Assembly: GCA_965219955.1 (NCBI GenBank)
Contig: OZ244799.1
Location: 1,632,001-1,696,000 of the forward strand
Source: a bacterium
Lineage (GTDB): Bacteria > UBA8248
Reading direction: 5' to 3'
DNA: 64,000 nt
Shown: piece after piece, positions 44,116 through 54,461 of the stretch
Layout of the letters: each line of letters begins with the position of its first letter
Numbering within the stretch: position 1 is the stretch's first letter
Translations under genes and position numbers: made by a program
Notes under the pieces: generated by a model
What the model was told of the DNA's origin: nothing
Database searches by the model: none
Seen by the model: only the letters and a program-made list of their open reading frames with translations

Positions 44116-45930
44116 TTACTCATCCTCCTCGGGCGCAGCCTCCGCAACGACTTCCGCCTCGGCTTCGACCTCTACTTCTACTTCTGCTTCCTCCATCTCT
44201 TCGCCTGAGAGAACACTTTCCTCTTCAGGCGGTTCCACGGGCTGAGGCGCCCGGCTGATGAGCGGATCCTCACCGGTGGACTCCACATAGGCGCGGATGC
44301 TCAACCCCAGCCTTCTTTGCTCCCGATCGATCTTGATGACGCGCATTTTGAACACGTCACCTACATGCACCACGTCCTGCGGCTCTTTCACCTTATCCGA
44401 ATCGAGTTCGGAGATGTGAACCAGTCCCTCCAGATCTTCCTCCGGAGCGGCGAAAACACCGAAGTTCGTTATTTTCGTTACTTTCGCCTCGATATCGTCG
44501 TCCAGCGCATAACGTTCGTTGATGTCGTCCCAGGGATCCGGCGTGATTTGCTTCATGCCGAGGGAGAGACGCTCCTTCTCGACGTCCACGCTCAGAACAA
44601 CCGCTTCGATCTCCTGGCCCTTGCGGAGGATTTCCGAGGGGTGCTTGAAGCGCTGGGTCCAGGAAATGTCCGAAATGTGGATGAGGCCGTCGATGCCCTC
44701 GTCCAGGGCGACGAAGGCGCCGAATTCCGTCAAATTCCGGATGTTGCCCGTCACGCGCATTCCCACAGGATACTTCTCCTCCACCGTGGTCCACGGGTTG
44801 GCTTCGACCTGCTTCATGCCCAGGGAGATTCTGCGGCCCTCTTTGTCCAGGTTCAAAACGACGGCTTCCACCACATCGCCCACCGCGACGAATTTGGAGG
44901 GATGGCGGACGCGTCTCGTCCAGGACATCTCCGACACATGCACCAAACCTTCGACGCCCTGTTCGAGCTCGACGAAAGCGCCGTAATCGGTGATGGAGAC
45001 GACGCGTCCTCGAACCTTGCCGGTCATGGGATATTTGATTTCCACGTTCTCCCAGGGGTCCGGCGTGATCTGCTTATGGCCCAGGGAGACGCGCTCGCGC
45101 TCCTTGTCGTACTTGAGCACGGTGACCTTGACGCTGTCTCCGATGGAGAGAAGCTCGCTCGGGTGGCCCACCCGCCCCCAGGACATGTCCGTGATATGGA
45201 GCAGGCCGTCGATTCCGCCCAGGTCGATGAACGCGCCGTAGTCGGTGATGTTCTTGACGACGCCTACCTTCTCCATGCCTTCCGTGAGATTCGCGAGCGT
45301 CTCACGCTTGAGTTCCGCTCTTTCATCCTCTAACAGCACGCGCCTGGAGAGAACGATGTTCCCGCGCTTTCTGTTGAGTTTGATGATCTTCATGTCGAAG
45401 GATTTTCCGATAAACTGATCGAGGTTCCTCACCGGCCTCAGATCGACCTGGGAGCCCGGCAAAAAGGCTTTGAGGCCGATGTCGACCGTAAGCCCGCCCT
45501 TGATGCGGGCGACGACCTCGCCCTGGATAATCTCGTCGTTGTCATGGGCTTTGCTGATCTCGTCCCAAATCTTGATTCGGTTGGCTTTCTCCTTGGAGAG
45601 CACGATGAGGCCATCATCGTCCTCGCGTTCTTCGACGAAAACCTCCACCCTGTCGCCAGGGTTGAGATCCCGCCCACGGCTCGGGAATTCAAAGCGAGGC
45701 ACCAAGCCCTCTGATTTATAACCTACGTCCACCAGCACATATTCGCCTTCCATCCCCACAACCGTTCCTTCGATGATCTCGCCATCCTGCACCTTCATCG
45801 TGGAGGCGTAGAGGTCATCCATTTGTTCAGGAGAAAGGGAGTCTGGATCCACTTCGTCGGGTAGTAATTCGGCCACCTTCGATGAGAAGGCGGGAAGAGC
45901 CTCTGATTCGTTAGAGGGAGTTTCATTCAT
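44116..45930 (-). CDS. rpsA: 30S ribosomal protein S1
   Basis: Six S1 repeats (AFLPGSQVD, DYGAFIDLGGIDGLLHITDMSW, etc.). Confidence 0.97.
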   Translation of the reverse strand: MNETPSNESEALPAFSSKVAELLPDEVDPDSLSPEQMDDLYASTMKVQDGEIIEGTVVGMEGEYVLVDVGYKSEGLVPRFEFPSRGRDLNPGDRVEVFVEEREDDDGLIVLSKEKANRIKIWDEISKAHDNDEIIQGEVVARIKGGLTVDIGLKAFLPGSQVDLRPVRNLDQFIGKSFDMKIIKLNRKRGNIVLSRRVLLEDERAELKRETLANLTEGMEKVGVVKNITDYGAFIDLGGIDGLLHITDMSWGRVGHPSELLSIGDSVKVTVLKYDKERERVSLGHKQITPDPWENVEIKYPMTGKVRGRVVSITDYGAFVELEQGVEGLVHVSEMSWTRRVRHPSKFVAVGDVVEAVVLNLDKEGRRISLGMKQVEANPWTTVEEKYPVGMRVTGNIRNLTEFGAFVALDEGIDGLIHISDISWTQRFKHPSEILRKGQEIEAVVLSVDVEKERLSLGMKQITPDPWDDINERYALDDDIEAKVTKITNFGVFAAPEEDLEGLVHISELDSDKVKEPQDVVHVGDVFKMRVIKIDREQRRLGLSIRAYVESTGEDPLISRAPQPVEPPEEESVLSGEEMEEAEVEVEVEAEAEVVAEAAPEEDE

Positions 45931-46065
45931 CTGTTTGCGTTACCTCGTTCTGTGAAAAGAAAATTGCCGCCACCGCTCAAGCGCCCATCGCTATCGCAGT
46001 CATCGGCATGAAATTAGCGGAAAAAATCATACTACACCCGAGAAAGGAGAGAATCAACCAATAAC

Positions 46066-46803
46066 TCAAGCATCCTCAATCACTTCCCCGTAAACCAGGC
46101 GGATTTTCTCTAACATGACATCGAGCACCTGGTCAACGCCGATTTCGCTCGTTTGGATCTCCTCGGCGTCCTCGGCCTTGCGCAGCGGTGCGCTGGCTCT
46201 GTGGCGGTCTCTCTCGTCCCTGCGCTTCAAGTCTTCGCGCAGATGATCGGGGTGAAAGGAGACTCCCCTCGCCTCGAGTTCGGCGAAGCGCCGCTGGATT
46301 CGCACCTCGATGTCCGCGTCGAGGAAAAATTTAAGCCTGGCTTCCGGGAAAACGACCGTGCCGATGTCGCGCCCATCGATGACGGCACCGCGCTTGCGCC
46401 CGTAATTCCTTTGAAAATCGAGCAGCGCCGCTCGCACTCCGGGTATCGCCGACACGCGCGACGCCATGTCGCTTATCACCTCGTCGCGGAGCGCATCGGT
46501 AACGTCTTCCCCGTCCAGAACGTTCTTCCAGCCACTCCCCTCTTTGCGGCACTCGAAGCGCAAATCACGCGCGGAGTCGACCGCCCTGCTCTCGAAATCA
46601 CCCTCTCGATTCTTGTTCAAAACCTGATAGCCCACCGCCCGGTAGAGCGCGCCGCTTTCGAGATAGTCGAAACCCAGCCTCTCCGCGACCCCCTTGGCCG
46701 CCGTGCTCTTGCCCGAACCCGCAGGCCCATCGATGGGAATGACGATGCCGGCTGATTTTCGGCGCGATTCCTCTCTCAAGGCCACCCCTTTTTCCGCGCC
46801 CAT
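46066..46803 (-). CDS. cmk: Cytidylate kinase (start uncertain)
   Basis: IDGPAGSGKST, SGALYR, DGRDIGTVVFP, RDERD. Confidence 0.95.
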   Translation of the reverse strand: MGAEKGVALREESRRKSAGIVIPIDGPAGSGKSTAAKGVAERLGFDYLESGALYRAVGYQVLNKNREGDFESRAVDSARDLRFECRKEGSGWKNVLDGEDVTDALRDEVISDMASRVSAIPGVRAALLDFQRNYGRKRGAVIDGRDIGTVVFPEARLKFFLDADIEVRIQRRFAELEARGVSFHPDHLREDLKRRDERDRHRASAPLRKAEDAEEIQTSEIGVDQVLDVMLEKIRLVYGEVIEDA

Positions 46804-47642
46804 TCGTCCCGGCCGTCCTTGGCGCGCGAAAACGCACGCTCGAGCCCCTCGGAATCCGCCTCTTCCAGCAAACGGCGAAGTTCCGCCAGCTCTTTCTCGA
46901 ACCTGTCGAGCGCGCCCAGCAGCGCCTCCTGGTTGTCCTCGCAGATTTCACGCCACATTTCCGCCCCGGAGGACGCGATTCGGGAAAAATCCCGAAAGCC
47001 GCTCGACGCATACCGGAGCGCTCCGCCCTTAAGGGCGGTGTTCATCATGGCATAGGCTACCAGATGCGGGAGATGGCTGATGTCGGCCATCACCCGATCA
47101 TGCGTCTCGGGATCGAGAATCTCGACGTTTGCGCCCACTCCCTCCCATAGCGCGCGCAAACGCTCGATGGTTCCAGGGTGCGTTCTCTCCGTCGGCGTCA
47201 GGATGGTCTGGTGCGCTTCGAAAAGGGAGGAAAAACTCGCCTTCACCCCGGTCTTCTCGCCTCCGGCGACTGGATGGCTCGCCAGAAATTTCACATCTCC
47301 CAAATCCATCGCCTCCACCGCCCGCACGTAGGGCGCCTTTACGCTGCCCACGTCGGTCAGTACGGCCCCGGGTGCCATCGCGGGCAAAATCGCCTCCGTC
47401 ACCCGCACCGCCGAGCGCACGGGGGTGCACACCACCACGAGGTCCGAATCGCGCACCGCCTCCAAGTGGTTCGTCTCGAAGCAATCCACGACGCCAAGCT
47501 CAAGCGCGCTTTCGAGGTTGCCCAGACTCCTGCCCGCGCCTACGAGCCTCGAAACGAGTCCCCTCTCCCGGGCGGCGCGGGCCAGCGAGCCGCCGATGAG
47601 CCCCACGCCGATGATGGTCATCTGCTCGAAAAGCACCGTCAT
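46776..47642 (-). CDS. tyrA: Prephenate/arogenate dehydrogenase
   Basis: GVGLIGGS, TDVGSVK, HPVAG, SHLPH, GFRDFSRIA. Confidence 0.93.
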   Translation of the reverse strand: MTVLFEQMTIIGVGLIGGSLARAARERGLVSRLVGAGRSLGNLESALELGVVDCFETNHLEAVRDSDLVVVCTPVRSAVRVTEAILPAMAPGAVLTDVGSVKAPYVRAVEAMDLGDVKFLASHPVAGGEKTGVKASFSSLFEAHQTILTPTERTHPGTIERLRALWEGVGANVEILDPETHDRVMADISHLPHLVAYAMMNTALKGGALRYASSGFRDFSRIASSGAEMWREICEDNQEALLGALDRFEKELAELRRLLEEADSEGLERAFSRAKDGRDEWARKKGWP

Positions 47643-47694
47643 ATCCTTTTCGTTTTTTCTATAAAATACATAAAGTTATACTTGTATCTAGTTG

Positions 47695-48789
47695 TTATGT
47701 ATTTATATTTAACACTTTATATAACGCCTTGATAACCTCTTCGTTCTCCTGCGGCGTTCCGATGGAAATCCGCAGGTGGCGCGGAAAGCCGTATCCCGCC
47801 ACCGGCCTGACGATCACGCCCTCCCTGAGCAGCGCTTCGTAGACCTGCATCGCTTCACCCACATCGACCATCAGGAAATTCCCCTGCGTGGGCACGAAGG
47901 GAAGGCCCATGGCCGACAGCTCGTACACGAAATACTCCCGGCCCTCGGCGTTCACGGCGACCGACCTTTCGACGTGTTCGGTGTCGCCCAGGGCGGCCTG
48001 CGCGGCCAGGAGGGCCAGGGAATTGACGTTGAACGGCTCGCGGACGCTCTCCATCGCCTGCGCGACTTCCGCATCCGCCACGCCGTAGCCGACACGCAGG
48101 CCGGCCAGCCCATAGACCTTCGAGAAGGTCCGCATGGCGACCAGGTTCGGAAATTCGCCCAGCATCCCGGCGGCGTCGGGGTAATCCTCCAGATGGGCGT
48201 AATGACAATAAGCCTCGTCCATGACGACGAGGGTAGTCTCCGGAATCTTTTTCAGAAATTCCCGGAGTTTCCCCTCCCCCACCGCCGTACCCGTGGGGTT
48301 GTTCGGGTTCGCAATAAAAACGATTTTCGTTTTTTCGCAAACCAGATCGGCCATGGCGTCCAAGTCCTGGTGGTAATCGCGCATCGGGGCGCGCCTGATC
48401 TCGCAAGAAGTAAGCTGAGAAACGATGTGGTAGACGATAAAGGCGCCTTCTGAGAAAACCACCGGGTCGCCAGGGTCCAGGTAGGCATGCGCCAGAATCT
48501 CCAGAACCTCGTTCGTTCCGTTTCCGAGAACGAAATTACCGGGCTGCAGGCCATGGTGTCCGGCCAGCGCGTTTTTGAGGTAAAAACCCCCGCCGTCGGG
48601 GTAGCGGTGCAATTCCTCGATAGCGCTGTTGATAGCTTCGACCGCCTTGGGCGAAGGCCCCAGGGGGTTCTCGTTCGATGCCACCTTGATGGAATCGGCG
48701 ACCCCGAGTTCGCGTTCGAGTTCCTCCACCGGCTTTCCCGGCTGGTAGACGATGATGTCCGAAACGGGCCGCGCCCTTTGAAATTTCAT
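47695..48789 (-). CDS. hisC: Histidinol-phosphate/aromatic aminotransferase
   Basis: YQPGKP, ASNENP, NPNNPTG, DEAY, RTFSKVYGLAGLRVGY. Confidence 0.95.
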   Translation of the reverse strand: MKFQRARPVSDIIVYQPGKPVEELERELGVADSIKVASNENPLGPSPKAVEAINSAIEELHRYPDGGGFYLKNALAGHHGLQPGNFVLGNGTNEVLEILAHAYLDPGDPVVFSEGAFIVYHIVSQLTSCEIRRAPMRDYHQDLDAMADLVCEKTKIVFIANPNNPTGTAVGEGKLREFLKKIPETTLVVMDEAYCHYAHLEDYPDAAGMLGEFPNLVAMRTFSKVYGLAGLRVGYGVADAEVAQAMESVREPFNVNSLALLAAQAALGDTEHVERSVAVNAEGREYFVYELSAMGLPFVPTQGNFLMVDVGEAMQVYEALLREGVIVRPVAGYGFPRHLRISIGTPQENEEVIKALYKVLNINT

Positions 48790-48847
48790 CCTCTCTCCTC
48801 AAATCTCCGGCAACGCGAGAGCCACGCGCCCGAAAAACCCCTCAAAA

Positions 48848-49687
48848 TCATTTCACTTCGCGCGCTCGTTGCAGCACGGGGTAAGAACCCAGCACGCGAA
48901 CAAAATCCACCAGATTTCTCAGTTCCAGAATACCTTTCGCTATTGTTTCATCTTCCGCGAAACCGTCGATTTCCATGTAGAAGACGTACTCCCACGCCAC
49001 TTTTCGCGAAGGCCGGGACTCGATTTTCGTCATGTTCAGATTGCGCTCGGCGATGGGAGCCAGCGCCTTGTGGAGCGCGCCCGATTCGTTTTTCAAGCCG
49101 AAGAGAAGACTCGTCTTCGAATGTCGGTCGCGATCGGGCCTCTCTGTCCCTATGACGAAAAAACGCGTCACGTTGATGATCTCGGAATCCAGCTTTTCCT
49201 CCAGGATATTCAGGCCGTAATGCTCGGCCGCCAGACGGCTTCCCAAAGCACCCAGTTTGGGGTCCTCAGCCGCCATCTTCGCCGCCAACGATGTGCTCAA
49301 AACCTCCTCGATCTTGACGCCCGAGGCGTTGGCCCGAAGCCAGCGCCGGCACTGGGCCACCGCGTGGGGGTGGCTGAGTATGCGCTCCACCTGCTCGATG
49401 GAACCCGCGTTCGTGAGCAGATGGATGTCGATGGGCAGGCGGATTTCGCCCTCCACCAGCAAACGGGATTCCAGCAGCCTGTCGAGCGTGATGTTGACCG
49501 TGCCCTCTATCGCGTTCTCTATCGGAACCACGCCCCACCGGGAGCGGCGGCCTTCCACATCGTCGAACACGGCGTCGATGCTTTGTACGGGCGTGAGAGC
49601 GGCACCCTCGCCGAAGCGCAGAATGGCGGCTTCGTGCGTGAAGGTGGCCTCGGGGCCCAGATAGCTCACTCTCGGCAAATCGTTCAT
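48848..49687 (-). CDS. pheA: Prephenate dehydratase (PDT+ACT, no chorismate mutase domain)
   Basis: YLGPEATFT, VPIEN..EG, SHP, TRF, NMTKIESRP. Confidence 0.92.
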   Translation of the reverse strand: MNDLPRVSYLGPEATFTHEAAILRFGEGAALTPVQSIDAVFDDVEGRRSRWGVVPIENAIEGTVNITLDRLLESRLLVEGEIRLPIDIHLLTNAGSIEQVERILSHPHAVAQCRRWLRANASGVKIEEVLSTSLAAKMAAEDPKLGALGSRLAAEHYGLNILEEKLDSEIINVTRFFVIGTERPDRDRHSKTSLLFGLKNESGALHKALAPIAERNLNMTKIESRPSRKVAWEYVFYMEIDGFAEDETIAKGILELRNLVDFVRVLGSYPVLQRAREVK

Positions 49688-49823
49688 GATGCAACACTCC
49701 GATTCGAAGATAACGCCACCGAAACCGCGCTATCCTACCCCAAGGCCCGGCGATTGTGAACGCCCGAAAGCTCTGGCAAACTAGCCGGGCCTGCGAGCGC
49801 GATCCGATATTTCATGCGAATTT

Positions 49824-50969
49824 ATGAGGAAAAGAATGAAGATTACAGACGTCGAAGCATACATGCTCACCGGCCCGCCCGAGGAGCGCGGCCACTGGGT
49901 CAGCCATTACCCCGTCCACCAGGCGAACGAGTTGCTGATACGGCTCAAAACCGACGAGGGGCTTGAGGGTTTCGGCCTCGGCAGCAGCCGCCTCCTCATC
50001 AAGGGCGCGGCCGAGATGTTCAACGAAGGGCTCAAGGAACTCATCATCGGCGAGGACGCGCTCGCTCCCGAGAGGCTGTATGAGAAGATATTCTCCATCA
50101 CCCACCAGAAGATCGCCTTTATCAAGGATTGGTCACGAAACGGGCTGCTCATCACCAGCGCGGCCTTGGACCTCGCCATGTGGGATATTCTCGGGAAAGC
50201 CTCGGGCCAGCCGCTTTTCCGCCTCTTCGGCGGATACCGCAAGGAAGTGCCCTGCTACGTCACCTGCGCCTATTACCGCGACGGGAAGGACTTGGGCGAG
50301 TTACGCGAAGAGATGGAAATGCTGCGCGATCAGGGGCACAGGGCGTTCAAGGCGAAAATCGGCGGCGCATCGCTCGAAGAGGACATGGCGCGACTGCGGG
50401 TAATCCGCGAGGTCATCGGCGATAAGGCCGAGCTCATGCTCGACGTGAACAGCGCCTGGGATTTACCCACCGCCATCGAGGGCGCGCGCCTGCTTCAGGA
50501 GATCCGCCCCCGCTGGCTCGAAGAACCCGTGCGCTGGTTCGACGACAGGCGGGAACTCAAGATTCTCGCGCGGAAGACGGACATCCCCCTCTCCGCAGGG
50601 GAGAGCGAGCAGACGGGGCACGGCGTGCGCGCGCTGCTGGAAGAACAGGCGATCGACATCGTGCAGTTCGACTGCACGCGCATGGGCGGGTTCTCCATGG
50701 GGAGAAAACTCGCGGCCCTGGCCGAACTCAACCACGTGGAAATCGCTCCGCACCACGACTGCTTCATTCACGCCCACATCGTGGCGGCCTCGCCCGCGGG
50801 CTACATCGTGGAATCGTTCACGGACCCCGAGCGCGACCCGCTCCAGGCGGAACTCTTCGAGAACCCGCCCCGCATCGAGAACGGGACGATTTATCTGAAC
50901 GAGGAGCCGGGACTCGGGCTGACGCTATCGGAAGAGGCGATAGAGAAGTTCGGGACAAGGATCGCGTAA
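49824..50969 (+). CDS. Mandelate racemase/muconate lactonizing enzyme (enolase superfamily) protein
   Basis: DLAMWDILGK, KAKIG, MLDVN, WLEEP, AGES, PGLG. Confidence 0.9.
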   Translation: MRKRMKITDVEAYMLTGPPEERGHWVSHYPVHQANELLIRLKTDEGLEGFGLGSSRLLIKGAAEMFNEGLKELIIGEDALAPERLYEKIFSITHQKIAFIKDWSRNGLLITSAALDLAMWDILGKASGQPLFRLFGGYRKEVPCYVTCAYYRDGKDLGELREEMEMLRDQGHRAFKAKIGGASLEEDMARLRVIREVIGDKAELMLDVNSAWDLPTAIEGARLLQEIRPRWLEEPVRWFDDRRELKILARKTDIPLSAGESEQTGHGVRALLEEQAIDIVQFDCTRMGGFSMGRKLAALAELNHVEIAPHHDCFIHAHIVAASPAGYIVESFTDPERDPLQAELFENPPRIENGTIYLNEEPGLGLTLSEEAIEKFGTRIA

Positions 50970-51040
50970 GGGGACGGTGGAAAGATACGCTTGGCCGAGC
51001 AGTCCTACAGTTATTTAGAGTTGTCAACTTTTTTGAAGAC

Positions 51041-52153
51041 TTACCCCGCAACCCTATCCGGGAGGCGATAGCTCGTACTCCGCCCACCACCGGGATTCCG
51101 GATAAAAATCCCTCGGGCCTGTAAATCCTGAATATCCCGAAGCGCCGTATCCGTGGAGCACTTCGCCAGCTTGGCGTATTTCGAAGTATGCATATGTCCC
51201 TCGAAGTCATCCTCGAGCATACGATTCAGGACCAGACGCTGGCGTTCGTTGACGGGCTGCCGGTTCATTTCCCCCAAAAGCTGCGCCTTGAACAGAACTT
51301 TATGCAGCGTATCTTCGGCATTGCCGAATGCGCGGTTAAGGCAACCGAGGAACCATTCGAGCCAGTCCGTTATATCTGGTGTGCCGCGTTGTTGTTTTTC
51401 CAGTTGAGCGTAATAATCCTTGCGCCCGGATTCCATTTGTGTCGACAGGCTGTAGAAACGATCCGCCATGCCGTCAGAACGCGCCAAAGCCATATCGGCT
51501 ATGGCCCTGGCGATGCGGCCGTTGCCGTCTTCGAATGGATGGAGCGTGACAAACCACAGATGGGCAACCCCGGCTTTCAAAACGGGATCGACGCTGCTTT
51601 CAACCTCGAACCATTCCAGAAACGCCCCCATCTCTTGCTCAAGACGATCCGCATCCGGCGCCTCGAAATGAACCTTTTCACGTCCGAGAGAGCCTGAAAC
51701 AACCTGCATGGGCCCGGCTTCGGGGGTGCGCCAACCTCCGACCGTAATGCGGCGCATCCCGCTCCGGCCGGTTGGAAACAACGCAGCGTGCCAATCGAAC
51801 AGGCGCTCTCTCGTCAGGGGTCTGGAAAATTGCCGTGTTGCATCCAGCATCACCTCGACGATGCCCTCGACATCGCGGCTTGCCGGCGCAAGCCCGGCAA
51901 CATCGATGCCCAGGCGCCGGGCGATGGATGATCGCACCTCCCGGGGATTCAGGTTTTCTCCCTCGATGGCCGATGACTTGACCACATCGTTCGTCAGCGT
52001 AACGAGGCTCGCCTCACGCTTGAGTTCAAAGCCCAATCCTTCCATCCTGCCGAGCAGACGGCCCTGCCGATGCCGGACCCCGGCAAGTATCGAGGCGAGT
52101 CTCCCGGCGTCCCAGGTGAAGTCCGGCCAGTTATGATGTTTATATATCCACAT
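51041..52153 (-). CDS. Fic-family protein with DUF4172-like N-terminus and C-terminal HTH
   Basis: WIYKHHNWPDFTWD, SSAIEG inhibitory motif, HPFEDGNGRIAR Fic motif, STDTALRDI HTH. Confidence 0.92.
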   Translation of the reverse strand: MWIYKHHNWPDFTWDAGRLASILAGVRHRQGRLLGRMEGLGFELKREASLVTLTNDVVKSSAIEGENLNPREVRSSIARRLGIDVAGLAPASRDVEGIVEVMLDATRQFSRPLTRERLFDWHAALFPTGRSGMRRITVGGWRTPEAGPMQVVSGSLGREKVHFEAPDADRLEQEMGAFLEWFEVESSVDPVLKAGVAHLWFVTLHPFEDGNGRIARAIADMALARSDGMADRFYSLSTQMESGRKDYYAQLEKQQRGTPDITDWLEWFLGCLNRAFGNAEDTLHKVLFKAQLLGEMNRQPVNERQRLVLNRMLEDDFEGHMHTSKYAKLAKCSTDTALRDIQDLQARGIFIRNPGGGRSTSYRLPDRVAG

Positions 52154-52156
52154 ATC

Positions 52157-52256
52157 AATCACCGCATTATTTGCAGTGATTATGCAGTTTATTCACTGCA
52201 AAAGCAAGAATAATCGACGCATAAAATGCGGTGAATAATGCTCCTATTCACCGCAA
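52157..52256. promoter_or_regulatory. Operator-like array of inverted TCACYGCA half-sites immediately upstream of fic
   Basis: ATCACCGCA-ttatt-TGCAGTGAT...ATTCACTGCA, repeated 55 bp later as ATCGACGCA-taaaa-TGCGGTGAAT...ATTCACCGCA. Confidence 0.6.
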
Positions 52257-52465
52257 GACGTCCGTCCCTGGATAAATTCGGGCCGTTTATACCAGCCCGG
52301 AACACGCTGACAGGTTGATATTATCGGGAAATATCCGGGCGGGAGGACACGCAGGGCAGATATATATGTCTGACGATGTGTCTGCCCCGCTCCCGTGATT
52401 GCCCCTTGCGGAACGGGAAATCCCACATTGGGCCGTTCACTAAAACAACCCGCTACGAAGGCGGT

Positions 52466-52930
52466 GCGGTTTGTTCGTCATTCCGGTATTCCCTCCCTCC
52501 TCGGGGCTGTTGAAAACGCCACATTTCAGGGGGTAGAGGAGAAGCCCCTCTCGGATAGAAAGGCACCCCCCCCTACCCCCCCTTGTCAGGGGGCAAGAAA
52601 AGGCAAAGCCCCCTCAGCCCGACGGGGGCACATCGCCTTTTTATACCCCCCTGACAAGGGGTTGTTGAAAAAATCCCGTGGAGCGATTTTGGTTGAGCGC
52701 AAGTTTTTGAATTTCACTCCCCCCTTGAGGGGGAGTCGAAGAGCTGAGGGCGTAAGCCCGAAAGCGATTCGGTGGGGGGTATAATTCGGAATGGCAATAA
52801 AACGCATTTTACCCCCCACCGAGTCAGCCTTCGCACAAACCGCTCGGCTTCCTCGACTCCCCCTCAAGGGGGGAGTGATTCCTCTCTCCTCGGACTTTTT
52901 CAACAGCCCCCTCAAGGAGGGGTGATTGGT
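52466..52930. repeat. Palindromic repeat mosaic
   Basis: GCGGTTTGTTCGTCATTCCGG (near-inverse of the 2002/4619 motif). TIR-like ends at 52503, 52658 and 52895. C/G-run palindromes. CACTCCCCCCTTGAGGGGGAGTCG / CGACTCCCCCTCAAGGGGGGAGTG pair. 52860-52910 is nearly identical to 1823-1873. Confidence 0.85.
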
Positions 52931-53138
52931 TGGCACTCTGCAAGGGAAGGGAGTGGCGTCTCCTCCCCGGTCGGCCTCGTACACCGAATCACGAAATCAG
53001 GGCTGTTCTGCGGCCCCAATAATGTTCGCATTCCACAAATCTTCCGTTAGTCAGAATATAATGGTGCAGGAATAGCATTTGCTCCGACTTGTTTGGTTTC
53101 AGGTAGTTTCTGCGCCCCAAATTTCCGCGTCTTTCAAT

Positions 53139-54461
53139 CTACCAAAACCGCCCTGCGGGTCGCTCGAGCCCGTAGTGTTCCCGCAGCGTCTTGCCTTTAT
53201 ATTCCGTCCGGAACAGCCCGCGTCGCTGAAGAATCGGGATCACCTCTTCAACAAAAGCATCCAGCATCGTGGGGAAAAGCGGCGGCATCACATTGAAACC
53301 ATCGGCGGCGCCGTCGCGGAACCAGTCCTCAATCAAATCGGCGACCTGTTCGGGCGTGCCGGCGAAAGTAAAGTGGCCGCGAGCACCGGCAAAACGGGCC
53401 AGAAGCTGGCGCAAAGTAAGGCCTTCGTTGCGTACGAGATTGACGACCAGCTCGGACCGGCTGCGCATGGTTTCGACACCGGAGGGTGGAGGGAAATCGT
53501 CCGGCGTCAGCGGCCGGTCCAGCGGCAGATGCGAGAAATCATGTCCGTCGAACCGTGAAGAGAGCGTGCGGCGACCGCTCTCCGGGTCCGTACTCTCGTT
53601 GAGTTCCTGTTCCATCCGTTTTGCTTCGGTCTCGGTCGGCGCAATCATCGGGCTGAGTCCAGGCAGAATCAGGATTTGGTTTGCATCACGGCCCGCCGCA
53701 ACCGCTCGCTTCTTGATATCCGTGTAAAACTTCTGCGCCGTCGCCTTTTCGAGGTGGGCCGTAAATACCGCCTCCGCGTGACGCGAAGCAAAATCACGTC
53801 CGGCATCCGACGATCCCGCCTGCACCAGCACCGGTCGCCCCTGCGGACTGCGCGGCAGGGTCAGCGGCCCCGCGACGCTGTAATACTCGCCCTTGAAGTC
53901 GATTGGACGAATTCGCTCACTTTTGGCGTAGACGCCGCCGCTGCGATCATCGACCACGGCGTCATCGGCCCAGCTGTCCCACAAATCTTTGACGACCCGG
54001 ACGAATTCCTCGGCCATCAGGTAGCGGTCCGCATGCTTGTCCTGCCCCGCATCACCGTAATTGCGCGCGACCTTCGCCATCCAGGTGGTGACGATATTCC
54101 AGCCGGCGCGGCCATTGCTGATGTGGTCAATCGAGCTGAACTGCCGCGCAAGGTTGAAGGCCTCGGTATATGTGCTCGACCCCGTCGCGATCAGCCCGAT
54201 CCGCTCGGTTGCGACGGCGAGCGCCGCCAGTAAAGTGATTGGTTCCAGCCAGAGCCGCCCGGCGCGCGGAGCATCCGGCGTCAACATCAGCGAATCGGCG
54301 AAAAAGATCGAATCAAAATGCGCCGCCTCCGCGCGCCTAGCCAAATCCACATAGTAGTTTATATCGGTAAGCGAGGCTGTCGAAGAATCGGGATGGTTCC
54401 AGGCCGCTTCGTGGTGGCCCCGGGACTGGATGAACAAATTGAGGTGAAGTTGCCTGGTCAT
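53139..54461 (-). CDS. LLM-class FMN-dependent monooxygenase (NtaA/SnaA/DszA family)
   Basis: FDSIFFAD, LEPITLL, ARQFSSIDHISNGRAGWNIVT, QAGSS, LQRRGLFRTEY. Confidence 0.93.
   Translation of the reverse strand: MTRQLHLNLFIQSRGHHEAAWNHPDSSTASLTDINYYVDLARRAEAAHFDSIFFADSLMLTPDAPRAGRLWLEPITLLAALAVATERIGLIATGSSTYTEAFNLARQFSSIDHISNGRAGWNIVTTWMAKVARNYGDAGQDKHADRYLMAEEFVRVVKDLWDSWADDAVVDDRSGGVYAKSERIRPIDFKGEYYSVAGPLTLPRSPQGRPVLVQAGSSDAGRDFASRHAEAVFTAHLEKATAQKFYTDIKKRAVAAGRDANQILILPGLSPMIAPTETEAKRMEQELNESTDPESGRRTLSSRFDGHDFSHLPLDRPLTPDDFPPPSGVETMRSRSELVVNLVRNEGLTLRQLLARFAGARGHFTFAGTPEQVADLIEDWFRDGAADGFNVMPPLFPTMLDAFVEEVIPILQRRGLFRTEYKGKTLREHYGLERPAGRFW

Noticed and set aside
47707-47735. dif site (ATTTAACAC match to the XerD arm)
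   Set aside because: Only 8 of 11 XerD bases match and there is no XerC arm.
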